A stretch of 64,000 bases of DNA from Hypanus sabinus (GCF_030144855.1 NC_082731.1:23870001-23934000); one strand, 5' to 3'. Shown: positions 1-12,084, counted from the stretch's first letter. Notes: generated by a model not told the origin, from the sequence alone. Numbers and translations: made by a program.

Positions 1-963
1 ATACTGAGGAAATGGTGGAAGCATCTCCAATCAAGATGTAGTTGTCTCAGCCGAAGTGTTAGCAATGCAGTTTTGTTTGTTTTTGTTGCCATATACAAGA
101 CCGATGTGGCTGGGTGAACGTCATGCATTTCTTTACCAATGTCATTCACATAGGGGTTAGCTGTTTTCCACTACAGGGTGAATGCTGGCAAGCATCATTT
201 TCATAGTCATTTCAAAGACTGACGGCAGCAGCCGAGATATTGTCCAATTCAATTTTAATTAATTAATGATTATTTCTGGTTGACGCCTTAGGGATTGCCT
301 TTTGCTAGTTTACAGATTGTAAAACACATAGCTGCTCATTCCGCTGACACTCTTAACATTATCAGACTATTTCATAAAAGCCGAGTTGATTGCAGCTGTG
401 TTGAAAACTGCAACTTGACTTTTTATCTCTCTCTCTTTCCTGTGCAGTCTAGTTATTTTTAACCGACCAAATGCATCACCTTTTTGCATTTCGTGCAAGT
501 TTCATCTTTAAAATTGTGTCGGTGAGCCCCTACCACAACTAATTACAATGTCTTCGGCAGGCACGTTGCTGTTAAGCCTTTCTCATTTTTTTCACGCTCA
601 GTTTAATTCCTGACCGCAACTGAATTGCTTCTCTGCTGCGGTTTTCATTGATACAGCCATGATAACTGTTCTATTAACCATGGCAGGGGTTTCAGTTACA
701 GGAAGGGTTTTTGAATACTCTCTTCTAAAATTCCACAAACAGGAAGAAACGAGCACCCTGTATTAACAAAGATTATCACATTCTGTCAATGTTCTGTTAA
801 TTTCTTCAAAACAGGCAGCTCGCTGAAATGGGTTACACTTTCATTTGATACCGCTTAAGAAAGCAAAAGAAAAATGTTCGACCTTTCTGTATACATTGTC
901 CAGTTTTCAATTGTAAGGCAAACGCATCTATATTTCAGATATATACAGACAATTCTACTTATG

Positions 964-1179
964 NNNNNNNNNNNNNNNNNNNNNNNNNNNNNNNNNNNNN
1001 NNNNNNNNNNNNNNNNNNNNNNNNNNNNNNNNNNNNNNNNNNNNNNNNNNNNNNNNNNNNNNNNNNNNNNNNNNNNNNNNNNNNNNNNNNNNNNNNNNNN
1101 NNNNNNNNNNNNNNNNNNNNNNNNNNNNNNNNNNNNNNNNNNNNNNNNNNNNNNNNNNNNNNNNNNNNNNNNNNNNNNN
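964..1179. other. Assembly gap (N run)
   Basis: Ns. The paralogous position (~21200-21290) holds (TTG)n and poly-T tracts. Confidence 1.
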
Positions 1180-1999
1180 TTTATGAAACTGGTAATTAGC
1201 TCTATTTCTGACATTTTAAAATCTCGCAGTCTCGCGCTCTCTCTCCACTTTCCAAAGAAAATCGTGGAGCGCTGTTTTGCTTTTCTTATCTCGAATGTTT
1301 TTGTGCCCATTTTGAATTAAAAATAAAGTGCTGCGTAGAAGTACCTCGTCGTCTTTCTTACTAGCATCTTGAAAATACTACCAAAAAACGCGGAGAGGAT
1401 TGACGAGGAAATCAACGCAATACTTCGAGCATGAATATAACTGAGTGTCACGTCGACACTGCCAAGCTCGATAACTTATTACGAGACCTCCAAAGTTAAG
1501 CGATGAATATTAACGATATTAAGGAAGACCACCTAAAATAACCCAATTAGCGTAAGAAAAGAATTAATGAAATTACGCTTAGAATAATCCAAAGCTAAAA
1601 CAATGGCACAGATGCTGAATATGCGACTCGACTCATTTCCATCAACAAGGCCCAGAACCAAATGGCCAATGATCGTAATAGTAAACAGACTGACAGAAAA
1701 CAGATACAGGGTCACTACGTCTCGTTCACTAGCGATTCCACTATAATAGTCACTCCAGTCTGATAAAATAGTAGATATGACATCTTCCAAATGCAGAGTT
1801 GACTTTGCGAACCTGAAGCTTAGCAAATACCCACAAAAATCAGGTTGGTTATTGGCTTTCGTAAAATTTCGAAAACCTAAATCGTATCCATCTTGAGTTG
1901 CCATGAAGAAAGTGGATGCAAAGCTATGTACGCTGGTAAATCATTATGAAATGTTTATGAGAATTGTTTCGGCTGTGTTCGCCTCTCAGATCTTACTGT

Positions 2000-2729
2000 T
2001 GTTACCCCCTGGGTCGCCTCAGACTCGCTCAGCTCGTCACTTCTAGGGGGAGCAGCCTTCGGCCACGCCAAACTGGGTAATCAGCTGGTGTGGATGCTGC
2101 GTGATGTCCCCGCCTCGCCCAAAAACAGACAGTACACCATATGCGATTAAATGAGTACAATTTATAAAGGTTACTATAACTAAGTGATTAATAACGATAC
2201 AGTATATATGAAGAGAAAAATTAAAGAAAATGCGCCAAACTTATTAAAGTCCAAACCACTTCGTGCACAACCGTTGGAGCTCAATTACTGAAGTCTTCTG
2301 GCCACCATTCGATACCCTCCGAACTCCACGACTCGCAGCTCAGGACCCTCCGAACTCCTCGACTCGCAGCGCAGGACCCTCCGAGTGGTCAACCAAGCAC
2401 ATTTAGCTTCATCCCCCCTGCTCGGAGTACCTCCCGGCCTCGGACCCACGCTTGGGGTCCGATCCTCGCCCAGCTTACAGCATTGCGTCCTTTCTCTCGA
2501 CCCCCTCTCGCCGATCTGCCCAAAGGCCCGTCAACAAAAGCTTACAGACTCAGAAGAAAGAACATTAATCCCCATTTGGTTTACAAAGGAATACCATTCT
2601 CGTTATCAGTAAATTTTAACAAACAAGCTTCCAGCACTCTCTCGCAACAAAGAACATTCCTGCTTTTCACAAACAAAGAAACCCTTTCCCAACAGTAACA
2701 AAGAAAAAAAGAAGAAACCCCCATTTACA
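2000..2729. mobile_element. Solo LTR (Gypsy-like)
   Basis: TG...CA termini and a 4-bp target-site duplication CTGT (1996-1999, 2730-2733). Absent from the paralogous position (~22520). Internal ~31-bp tandem repeat near 2315-2385. Confidence 0.7.
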
Positions 2730-3099
2730 CTGTATATACAATTAATAAATCCATGTAACTTTCTGCTCATCTTGTTCAAGAATAATAGTACGGCAACGTT
2801 ATAAGGGATGCAACCCATCAATGGCATGATTTATTTAAGATGGCGTTTCAGATTCGTTGATTTTTATCGAACATTTCGATCCTATAATATTCAGCTTTCA
2901 ACAAAATAGTTTGAAGTGTTCCACATAGACAAATAATGTGCAATTGTCCTTTGTTGCTAATACAAATGAAGTCAGACCATTAGGAGGAGGTGTCATGTGA
3001 ATTGATTATACTTAAACATTGTGATTAGAGCTAAACATATCTGCAAGGTGAAATAGAACTACGTGTTGTGCAAACCACACATAAATATTCAAGATATGA

Positions 3100-3560
3100 A
3101 GGCATAAGAACCCTTTGGGGCAAGTGATCACAATATCATTAAATTTATCGTGAAATTTAGAAAGAGGGACCTGTGGACAGATGTATTGTTAATGCAGTGG
3201 AAATCTTGCTTTGTAGAGGACTGTGAGAGGAGTTGTCCAGAATTGATTAGAAAGGAACTCTGGCAGGACTGGCGGCTGGAATTTCCGAAACAAATCTAGA
3301 GAGCACCAGAAAAACTAGTGATATATTGGATGTGGTTAAGATGTTTCCTATGGTGGGAGAGCATAGGACCAGAAGATACAGTCCAAGACAAGAAGGACCT
3401 TTCTTTTGACGTGAGATAATGAAGATTTTTTTTTTGAATGGCAGTTGTGAATCTATGAAGCTCTTTGCTGCAGGCAGATGTGCAGGCCAAGTACTTATCT
3501 ATATTTAAGACAAAGATGGACAGATTCTTGTTTGGTCATGGGGTGAACAGATGAGTGTAG
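3100..3560 (+). mobile_element. Decayed CR1-type LINE 3' fragment (shared with ~22850-23400)
   Basis: Similar to the other CR1 3' regions in the window. Present in both unit A copies. Confidence 0.5.
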
Positions 3561-4556
3561 AAGGCAGGTGATTTCGGCTGAGACAAAAAGTGGTTCTGCC
3601 GGAGTAAACCAATAGGTTATGTGGCCTAATTCCTGTCCTGTGTCCAAACGAGTTATGGCTTAATAAGTTTTTGAAGTACTTAAACAGTGAGAGTTACACA
3701 AATCTCAACATGCATGGTCTGATTGCATGTCACAGAAAAGTGATCTAACTTGTGCAGCAGACTCTATCTTCAGGTACTTTTGTTTTATTATACGTTCCTT
3801 TTTATCTGGAGTTATGATCAGTCTAAATATATTGATAAAATTTCACTCTTTCTATTTAAACAATTGAAGAGCAATATATAACTTTAATGAAACATGAATC
3901 ATAATCAAAGCCAGTTGTAAAAGTTAGAAAGCTACAAATTATATTCTAGTCGATTAATGTCGGGAACAATCTAACGTCAATCTTGTAATTGGAAAGCCAC
4001 AAGCGTGTTGATAATTAATGACAAAATAACCTAGTAGAGAGCGGTTAAATCTTTGACGAATTTAATAGATCATATGACTGTCTCGAAGGAAGTTCACAGC
4101 CGTGTGGCTACATAACAATGTTGAAGTATAATCTTGACTAATTAGGATATATGGGCCTCTTTTGCCGATGACTAGTCCCGTTGTGCATTCAGGCAATCAT
4201 TATGAATGATTCATTTATTGGTAGTGATGAATGTTTTAACGTCAAATATGAGGCAGAATGTTGAGTTAATTTAGTAAAAAGACACCGAAAATGCTTCTAA
4301 AATTAAAGTTGTTTTATAAACTTTTACATCTAATGGAAAATCAAAACTATCCAGTGGGAATGCAAAGTAGATTTGTCACTGCTGAAAAAAAAACTACTTA
4401 ACTATTCAAAGGAAACCATGGATAAAAAACTTCACAACTGAGTCAGCATTTATCTTCTTCTTGATTTGTTCCGTCTGCATGGAGTTCTCGAGAAAAGTAT
4501 AGGTGTAGGTTTGACTGAAGTTGTTCAAGTTAATTGAGATTATTCAGTACAGTGTG

Positions 4557-4888
4557 CTCATCGCGCCGACGTCCAGGACAGAGACGGAGATCATGAGCTC
4601 GTGAAGAGATAACTGACTTTCTCTTAGTTGGAAGAGAATCGGTCTATTACGCCACCAATACGGTAGAACATCACGTTGAACATCCAAAACCAGTAGATTG
4701 TACGATGTCTGTTCCGCTGCCTGGTCTGGGAAGCGTTTGGAAATGGATTGATTGCTTGCAAAGTGCAGTTTAGGGCAATATTACTCTTCTGTTAAACATC
4801 ATTCTTGTATTTGGAAGCACTCGTATGTCTTCAACTCTCCAGCTTCTCGGTTTCATCAATTGTCGTTTGTACCGATCAGCTGGAATAT
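4557..4888 (-). pseudogene. Decayed TCR alpha/delta-type V pseudogene
   Basis: Acceptor ctcttctccAG. Remnant motifs IALNC and GVIDRFSSN*EKSQLSLHEL. The 3' end TCC GTC TCT GTC CTG GAC GTC GGC GCG ATG AG differs by one base in each of six codons from TCC GAC TCT GCC GTG TAC TTC TGC GCG ATG AG (SDSAVYFCAMR). It is followed by heptamer CACACTG (4550-4556). Contains stops and frameshifts. Confidence 0.6.
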
Positions 4889-6039
4889 CTGGAGAAGAGA
4901 GATGTGTCTTCTGACCACAATTCAATTCGTAACGCCCAAGCTCCGAAGCTAAATCTAAGCAAGGTGTTGGAGAGTCATGTGATACAGAAGTAAAACATAG
5001 AGCATTTTTATTTTCCAAAAGGATGAGTATATGAGTTATAGGTGGGCCAGAGTTTTATGCTTTTCAAATTTTTAACGCTTTCTGAATACTGACACTCGCT
5101 TCATCAATTGTCAAACTTCATTCACCAAATACATATTTAAATTATATGCTCATAAAAGTACCTATATCATAATGTGAATTTAAGGCTAATTGAATTTAAA
5201 TTCTGATTCCTACGAATTATATCATGAATACTCTATCATTGCAGATACGAAAATATAATATAATATAATAATCAAAGCTATAATATAATATTAATCTATA
5301 TTCAAAGAGAGCAGCTATATAGGTACAACACTTACAGATAAACAGATTACGCAGTCACAAACAAGTGGAAAAACAAACAACAGAAACATGCTGACATGAA
5401 GGTACTTTTTTTAAATCTGGATGCTTCCCGATATCACGAGAAGATTGCAAAAAAAGCGTTACAAATTTGGGACAACATAAAAATGTCAATGTAAATCTTT
5501 ACAAAACACAAAAGTAAACATCGCTAACACAGTTGAGAAACATTTCACAAATGAGTAGACTTGGCTTTGCCTTTATTCTCAGGATTTTGCATATTGAGCT
5601 GAAAACATGTAATAATTCCACAAATAAGCTACGGTAAGATAATGTTAAGATAGCTACGATCTACCTAACAAAAGTACTGACAGACTTAAAATAAAACCTG
5701 TTGAATTCAAATCAAGGCTAAATATATACTTTACTGCTCGCGGTGCCGAAAACTGAACTAAATGACTTCAGGAAGAAGGAAAAATGTGAAACAGGAAATT
5801 GAAAATAATTCTGCGCACAAACAAATTTCGCCAACCCCTTTTGAAAATGCCCTCGATATTGCGCATGTTCTAGTTACGGAGCTGCCGGAATATTGTCAAT
5901 TCTGCAACGTTGTTCAAGTGAATGCAGCAGCTTCACTATCACTGGACATAATGCAACCAGTTGGAATGATCATCAACGTACAGCTATAATTTAGCATTAT
6001 TTCCATAACTCCTAATGACAACTGCAGGAAACACAATGT

Positions 6040-6290
6040 TGTGATAGTAGGGGATTTTACTTTTCCACGTTATTGATTAGGACCCCCATACAGTTCAGTT
6101 CCAGATGGCTTAGAGTTCGTAAAATATGTTCAGGTATTTTTTTTCTAAATCAATATATAAAGGTACTGACTAGAGAGGATGCAATATTAGACCTCCTGTT
6201 AAGAAACGAGTTCGGACCGGAGACGGAAGTGTGTGTTCGGGAACACTTTGGTTGCAGTGATAATAACACCATTAGTTACAACTTGTTTTC
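6040..6290 (+). mobile_element. CR1 LINE endonuclease fragment, truncated at the A/B junction
   Basis: gatagtaggggatttt (VGDF motif). Aligns to 26500-26740. Confidence 0.7.
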
Positions 6291-7569
6291 TACAGCTTAA
6301 TAAAATGTCCATACGGAGCTCCAGTGAAACATGTGATAATACTTTGCAATTGTCCCCTTTCCGTAGGTCCATAGGAAACGGCACCATTGTTTTTTTTAAC
6401 TTCACTGAAGTTCTGATGACGTAAAAAATAATTCAAAATTATCCACTCATGGTCTTCCCCGTCAAATCTGGGTGCATGGGATGACGATCACATTGTTCGT
6501 CAAGATTGCCTCTTAATATTCTTCTGTGTCATTTTATATGTAAAAGCCCCCAGAAATCACTTTTCCATTGTTTGTTAAAGCAGCCCCATGCATTCCGTTT
6601 ATGTCTCTCTTTGACTTGTTTTTCACTTCTTCTAACATCACGTACAGTACTTGACTTGCTTTAAGCGCTTACCCACTGTGAACCTCGTTCTTCGATTTAA
6701 TAAAGGCCACAATATCCTAGAAAAATAACGGTCGCTAAATTTGCTTTGCATTGCTTACATACAGGGTATACAGGGTACCTTCGGAAATATTCGGTGACTT
6801 CTGAAAGATTAAAATTTACTATATTCTGCAAAGTGGTCCATGTTTCTATGATATAGGAAGATGTAGTTTAGCTGAGAGATTAGGGAGAAACGTCCTGTAA
6901 AGAATCATACTGACAGAGACGCGAAAATATATCAGTTAACCGAAGGAATAGTGGACGTCTTGTGTGAGATTGTGAGCTGTAGAGTCGCCGAGAATGGATA
7001 TAAACACCTCGATTCCCGTATCAGTTCCCCCCCCCCGGATGTCCCACTCTTCTTCCCACGAACAGACGGGCGAGTATTTGATTGCTGCAAAGTAAATTGA
7101 AAACTGTTTTCTAAATTAAAATACATGTGGAGAACGATGTGTTCTGTACAGACATCTTTCTTAATACGTTGAAACGGTCACGAGATAACGGGATAATTAC
7201 CCATTGAGTTTAAAGCGAAATTCTCACTTTGGAAACGACTGATAGTATCGGTTTGCATCTTGAGTGTTTCTGGAAATATAAGATATATCATTATAAATGT
7301 GCGGTTAACGATCGATTATGCACCTATTTATGTACCGTATATATGAATGAATACATGTTTGTTAAAAAGAAAATATTTTCAACATCTTTTTAGTTGTTTA
7401 TCTCACGGCACAGCACAGAATAGATCATTACTGCCATTCGAAATACGTAACCCCACAGTTAACTGAAAACCACAATTTATCCAGCAGCTATTCAAAAGAC
7501 ATTTTAAAATGACTACTTCAGCCAGGCGATACGTATTTGAAATGTGGAAGGGTACCAGAACATCCGATC

Positions 7570-7695
7570 AACACTGGTGCATTCCATGGCCAGGACGGAC
7601 AGACTACTTACAGTTTACCTAGAATTGAACTCCAAAATCTTTCTCCCTGAATTGTAATAGAGTTGAGTTAACCGCTACACTACCGTGGCGCCAAA
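7570..7695 (-). mobile_element. tRNA-derived SINE remnant (shark HE1-like); copy at ~58940-59055
   Basis: The minus strand begins ggcgccacggtagtgtagcggtta...ggagttcaattc, resembling A-box and B-box motifs. Confidence 0.45.
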
Positions 7696-9495
7696 GCATA
7701 TAAAAGGACAGTTTTACGTTAAAGTAGCATTTCTGCAGAAATGCATTTATTTAGATAGACAATGTATCAGAACTAAAAACTAATAGAGGCAAACGGTTTG
7801 TTTTGTTGTCCAATAAAGAGAACCAGGTATTCATTCTAATCAATGTGTCTTTGGAGTATTGCTTGGGGATCCCAATCGGAGCAAGTTCCTGCTCGGACTA
7901 AATTGATGCAAATTAAGAAATGCCAAAACCTAAGTTATCTCTTATGAGTGGTAGGAATTACGACCTTTCCTCCCAAATAGTAACGGCCGTATTTTTACAT
8001 TGCAACCCCTCTCCTAGTAACTCGAATCCCTCCAATTATGTAAATCCAATTAATCGGAATAGCAAGTAATTACCGAAACAGTGCAGTTTCATTTTAATAG
8101 GTTTCATGGTATGAGTAGAATGTGAACGCAACATATGACATCTCAATGCCTAGCGACTGCATGATAATACTCTTTGGAGAAACATTTTACACGCGTCGAA
8201 GATACATTCAGGCTCTGTATAATTACATCGTGATAAGGACACGGGAGTGGATATGACAGAAAAGGAATGATATTTGTATATACTGATGTCGTATAGATCT
8301 GAAGAAATAGATTATGGTTTTATCTTTGGAAATAGTTTATTACATATATACATTATACTAAATCGCATATGAGGACTCCTTACCCTATGTTCATACAGAT
8401 CAATTAATTTTAGCAATTTTATTGTATAAAAATCTAACCCACTACTATTGACTGAAGCTGACCGGTAAATTAAAAAAAATGATGATATTAGACATCATCT
8501 GTGCTTTAACAACAAATCAAAGATTTGATTATAATTCCGAAAATGTCCCCACAGTGTTCGAAATTCTTGGCTAGATTCAGAGATTGAATATGGGAAGATT
8601 CTCTAAATTTAAACATAAGATTATATCCCGTAACTATTCGGCATGAATAGTGGGGGGCTGCATCTTTCCATTTAAGCAAGAGAGTCCTTCGGTGCATAAG
8701 AGAAATAAAAGCCAAAATGTGCAAGTAAGCTTACTCCAAAATGATATCCTTTCCTGCAAAGATACCAAATAAAGCGGTGAAAGGAATAGGGTTACAGTTC
8801 ATTTTGAAAAAAAAATCGAGAACTTTTTAAATAGTTCTTTCCAAAATTTTCCATTAATCGGACCTGTCTAAAACATATAAATGTAGTGAAGCTTCTCCAT
8901 TATTACATTTATCTCAATACGGAGAGATATCCAATAAAAACGAGACAGCTTATCCTTCATCATATGGGCTCTATGTAATTGCAACACTTCAAAATCCTGG
9001 AACCTTTGCGCTACTTTCCTGTCGCCGTTTCCTCGACACAACGTATTTGCAATTTTGCTACATTCATATGATTGGTAGATTGCATGTAAGACATAGATGT
9101 GGCATAAAATGTATTAGGATCCAAGATCCGCAATGAGCACCCTCAATGAGTTCAATGTCCTAACTCTTTCCCTATGTCTTATGGTATAAAATGCGAATTT
9201 ACGAAATGAAATGATGTCCTTTCGCTCCAGGGGTAAATTCCGGAGAGATTTGTGTCTTCCCTTTTCGCAGACAAAATGGTGGAAGAAATCCGCAGATCGA
9301 CTGCTAACCTTGAGATAATGATTCGAGCCAAGAACTTCCATCAGAACATCATCGTTTCCACCAGCATATTTTGGGAGTTGATTTTGGTACTTTTCTTTTC
9401 TCTTTCACCTTTCTACTAAAAATTACACCCCACTGCGGTTTCGTGCTGTTGATGCCGTGCTCGGCAGCGGTGTATTTATTGAATACTGCTAAATG

Positions 9496-9534
9496 AGTTT
9501 TTGTATTGTTCTTTCGCTGTTTGGCAGCACTGTG
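9496..9534 (-). promoter_or_regulatory. Second, tandem 23-RSS downstream of supporting V, cassette 1
   Basis: CACAGTG, 23 nt (CTGCCAAACAGCGAAAGAACAAT), ACAAAAACT. Conserved at 60860-60898. Confidence 0.8.
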
Positions 9535-9556
9535 TGCTTGCAACAAGAAGCACACT

Positions 9557-9595
9557 CGTTCTTGTAGAGCGCTGTCCATCTGCGGCATCACAGTG
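9557..9595 (-). promoter_or_regulatory. 23-RSS of supporting V, cassette 1
   Basis: CACTGTG, 23 nt (ATGCCGCAGATGGACAGCGCTCT), ACAAGAACG. Confidence 0.9.
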
Positions 9596-9898
9596 CTGGG
9601 AACGGACTAATTGCGCAGTAATACACTGCAGCGTCGCTCAGATGCACTTTTGTGATCGTCATCTGGCTGATTTTCTTATTAGGATCTAGAACAGCAGTAA
9701 TTCGTTCACCGGCGATTTTTATTTCATCTTGTTCTCCAAAAGTTTGTCCCTGGAGCAGATGTATGAGTGGCTCTCCTGGAGGCTGCCGATACCAGTGTAA
9801 CGTTTTGCGACAATGCCCATTATAATTACACTTTAATCTGACGTTGCCAGCAAGAGTAGTTTGTAGTTCAGGTATCTGAGACGGTGGAGAAATTGATT
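9596..9898 (-). CDS. STCRDV: Leaderless supporting TCR-delta V exon, cassette 1
   Basis: Acceptor ccaacAG, phase 1 and compatible with the J donor. ORF (E)SISPPSQIPELQTTLAGNVRLKCNYNGHCRKTLHWYRQPPGEPLIHLLQGQTFGEQDEIKIAGERITAVLDPNKKISQMTITKVHLSDAAVYYCAISPFP has canonical C, W and C plus a CDR1 Cys. 3' RSS present. Missed by the ORF track because it has no ATG. Confidence 0.93.
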
Positions 9899-11608
9899 CT
9901 GTTGGAATGTAAAGGAAGATTATTGCTGTTTAACCTATGTCTATCAGAAAAAAATATTCCCAAATACGATAAAGAAACTTTGTTTTTACGCAAGCATATG
10001 TCATTTAAAATGTATCTCATTTGAAATATATATTGACACTTCCATTTACTGTAAGAAATTGGTGCAGTGTAAATATCAGGAGCACATAACATTTGGACGT
10101 CGCATTGCTGTTATGAAAATGTTTGATACTGTGTGAATCTGTGTGGAAGAAAGAAACTGATTTCATGCAGCAATTTTGTCGAGCCAACAAATTCATAAAG
10201 GGAGGAACTCACTTTGTTTCAGTTCTATGCTGATTTTTTTTCATATACATTTCCCCATTATGGATTGTAGCCTGTGCCCCATCATGGAGTGCAGCTTGTC
10301 GTCACATTAATGAGATTGAAGCGTGCAGACTGGTCAGATTTTTTTAAGCAGGTGAGACTGAGACGAATTTTCAAGTGGATTTTAGCAGATGCTCATATAA
10401 AGGTTCGGTTCCCTAAACATTACTTATATTTTTTTAAGCAGTTTGCATGACAATTCTCCTTTGGTTAGTTCACCCCCTTATCTGCAGTCATAACACAAAT
10501 ATTCTAGTCACAGAATCCTACCAAAGCATTAAGTAATATTACAGAGAAGCCATTTCATTATAACAACACAACGTCGCCATTCGGTTAGCCTGAATAGTTA
10601 TCACCACAATTACTGTTACTGAGAGACCAACATGCGATAGAACGAAGGTCAGGAGCACCTGCACGAAAGGTTACAGAATGAGAGGAGGCTGATTAATTCA
10701 AAGAATGTAGGAATGCAATAATTTACGTTGTAGTAGGCTTTAGAGAACTCTATCGATGCCCATATGATCAAGCAGAGTGACTGGAAGGTTAAGTTTTTTT
10801 CTTGTGTTATAGTAATTCCGTAGATTGAATCTACACCCAGTGCATAGAAAGACAAAGTGGTAAACGGAATTAACGGAGGGAGATGCTGAGTTGCAGTTCG
10901 CAGTCTTTTTAGGGAGGTGAGCAAAGAGGACGGACGTGTGAGGGGCGGCTAGGGGTTCCAGGGCGGCGGACAATGGACGTCAGCGGTTCGGACGCTATCT
11001 TGGAAGTCTCGGAAGGCCGTTGTGGATGGAACCGGCATCGTGAGGTGAAATGCATTAAAATATTACGTGCAAAAACTGATAAACTTCCTGATTTGGAGAC
11101 TTTAGGTTATCTGTTTCTCGTAACCCATCACTAAGAAATAACTATTAAGTCGCAATTAGTTACTCAGCTTTGGTGTATGGTCTGATATTTGTGTTGCGAG
11201 CTTGTACTGGGTGGGTGGAGGCATTACATAGTGTTTACACAGAAGTATTGCACTATTGGCGGGGCGACGGCGGTTCACCGTAGCTGAACGGGGTTATTTG
11301 GGGGCACAGATGCTACACGTACGTATTAATTTTGGGGGTTTGGGCATTATAGGCATCTCCAACTGTTTTGTTCATCAGCAGCAATAATTTGCAACCTCTC
11401 GATGTTCTGAGGATGTCTACAGTAGAGGTTCATCCAGATAAAAGGCACCCTGTGATTAAGTCGCCTTTGACGCACTTTGCAGAAAACAAATTTGACTGGG
11501 GACACATATAGAAATAATTGATTTTACTTTAATCATTCGATCGTCTGTTCGATAACACCAAAAATGGGCGAGACACTGTAAGAAATGACAATGTTTGTGG
11601 ACACTTAC

Positions 11609-11666
11609 CGGGCTCGACGGTGACCGTTGTCCCCTTTCCTTCATGTGTATAAGTCTTCCAGCCATA
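11609..11666 (-). CDS. NTCRJ: NAR-TCR J segment, cassette 1 (YGWKTYTHEGKGTTVTVEP)
   Basis: 58 nt ending G|GTAAGT (phase 1). The NAR-type ExGxGT motif replaces FGxG. RSS is CACATGG-23-ACAACAACT at 11667-11705. Confidence 0.92.
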
Positions 11667-12084
11667 CACATGGATCCTGTTCTCAGTCTCCCCAATACAA
11701 CAACTACACTCACGTGAATATGCTTAGAATCGTCACAATTGGTTTTCCAATGTTTCCAGTGTCGTTAATTCAACAGATAGCTTGTTGCATTCCGGGTTTT
11801 CCGACAGGTCAACATGCTCTTTGAAAGAGCAAAAACAACAACACAACCTAATTAAGATAAATTGCAGACAGATTCCGAGATGGAAAAAAAAACAGAGCAA
11901 ACTTTTCAAACCAAAATATTTATGAAATACGGAAATAATAAATAATCTAATCAGACTACTGAGCAAACATTGTCGGGTTTGTAGATTTTGTACAGTACAT
12001 GCAGAATAACTGCTTTAAAATCTTTTTATTTTTATATATATAAAAAAAAAACATTCTTTATTTGTTCAGATCTCTTCCACTGTG

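Larger units (their letters stand above)
245..6285. repeat. Segmental duplication unit A, copy 1 (paralogue ~20440-26740)
   Basis: Collinear matches throughout, e.g. ccttagggattgc/gg...ctagtttacagat at ~290 and ~20505. About 75-80% identity by eye. Confidence 0.9.

Noticed and set aside
855-1320. ORFs spanning N runs (also 13654-13975, 41567-42133, 48909-49407)
   Set aside because: Artefacts of translating assembly gaps.
1533-1904. 123-aa minus-strand ORF with a hydrophobic TM-like stretch and V-like fragments (VTL.C, IWF/IWY)
   Set aside because: The paralogue at 22140-22430 has stops and frameshifts. No YYC or RSS at the expected distance, and no recognisable family.
6900-7090. FSATLQLTISH...YIFA, resembling V-domain E/F strands
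   Set aside because: No Cys or Trp anchors and no heptamer.
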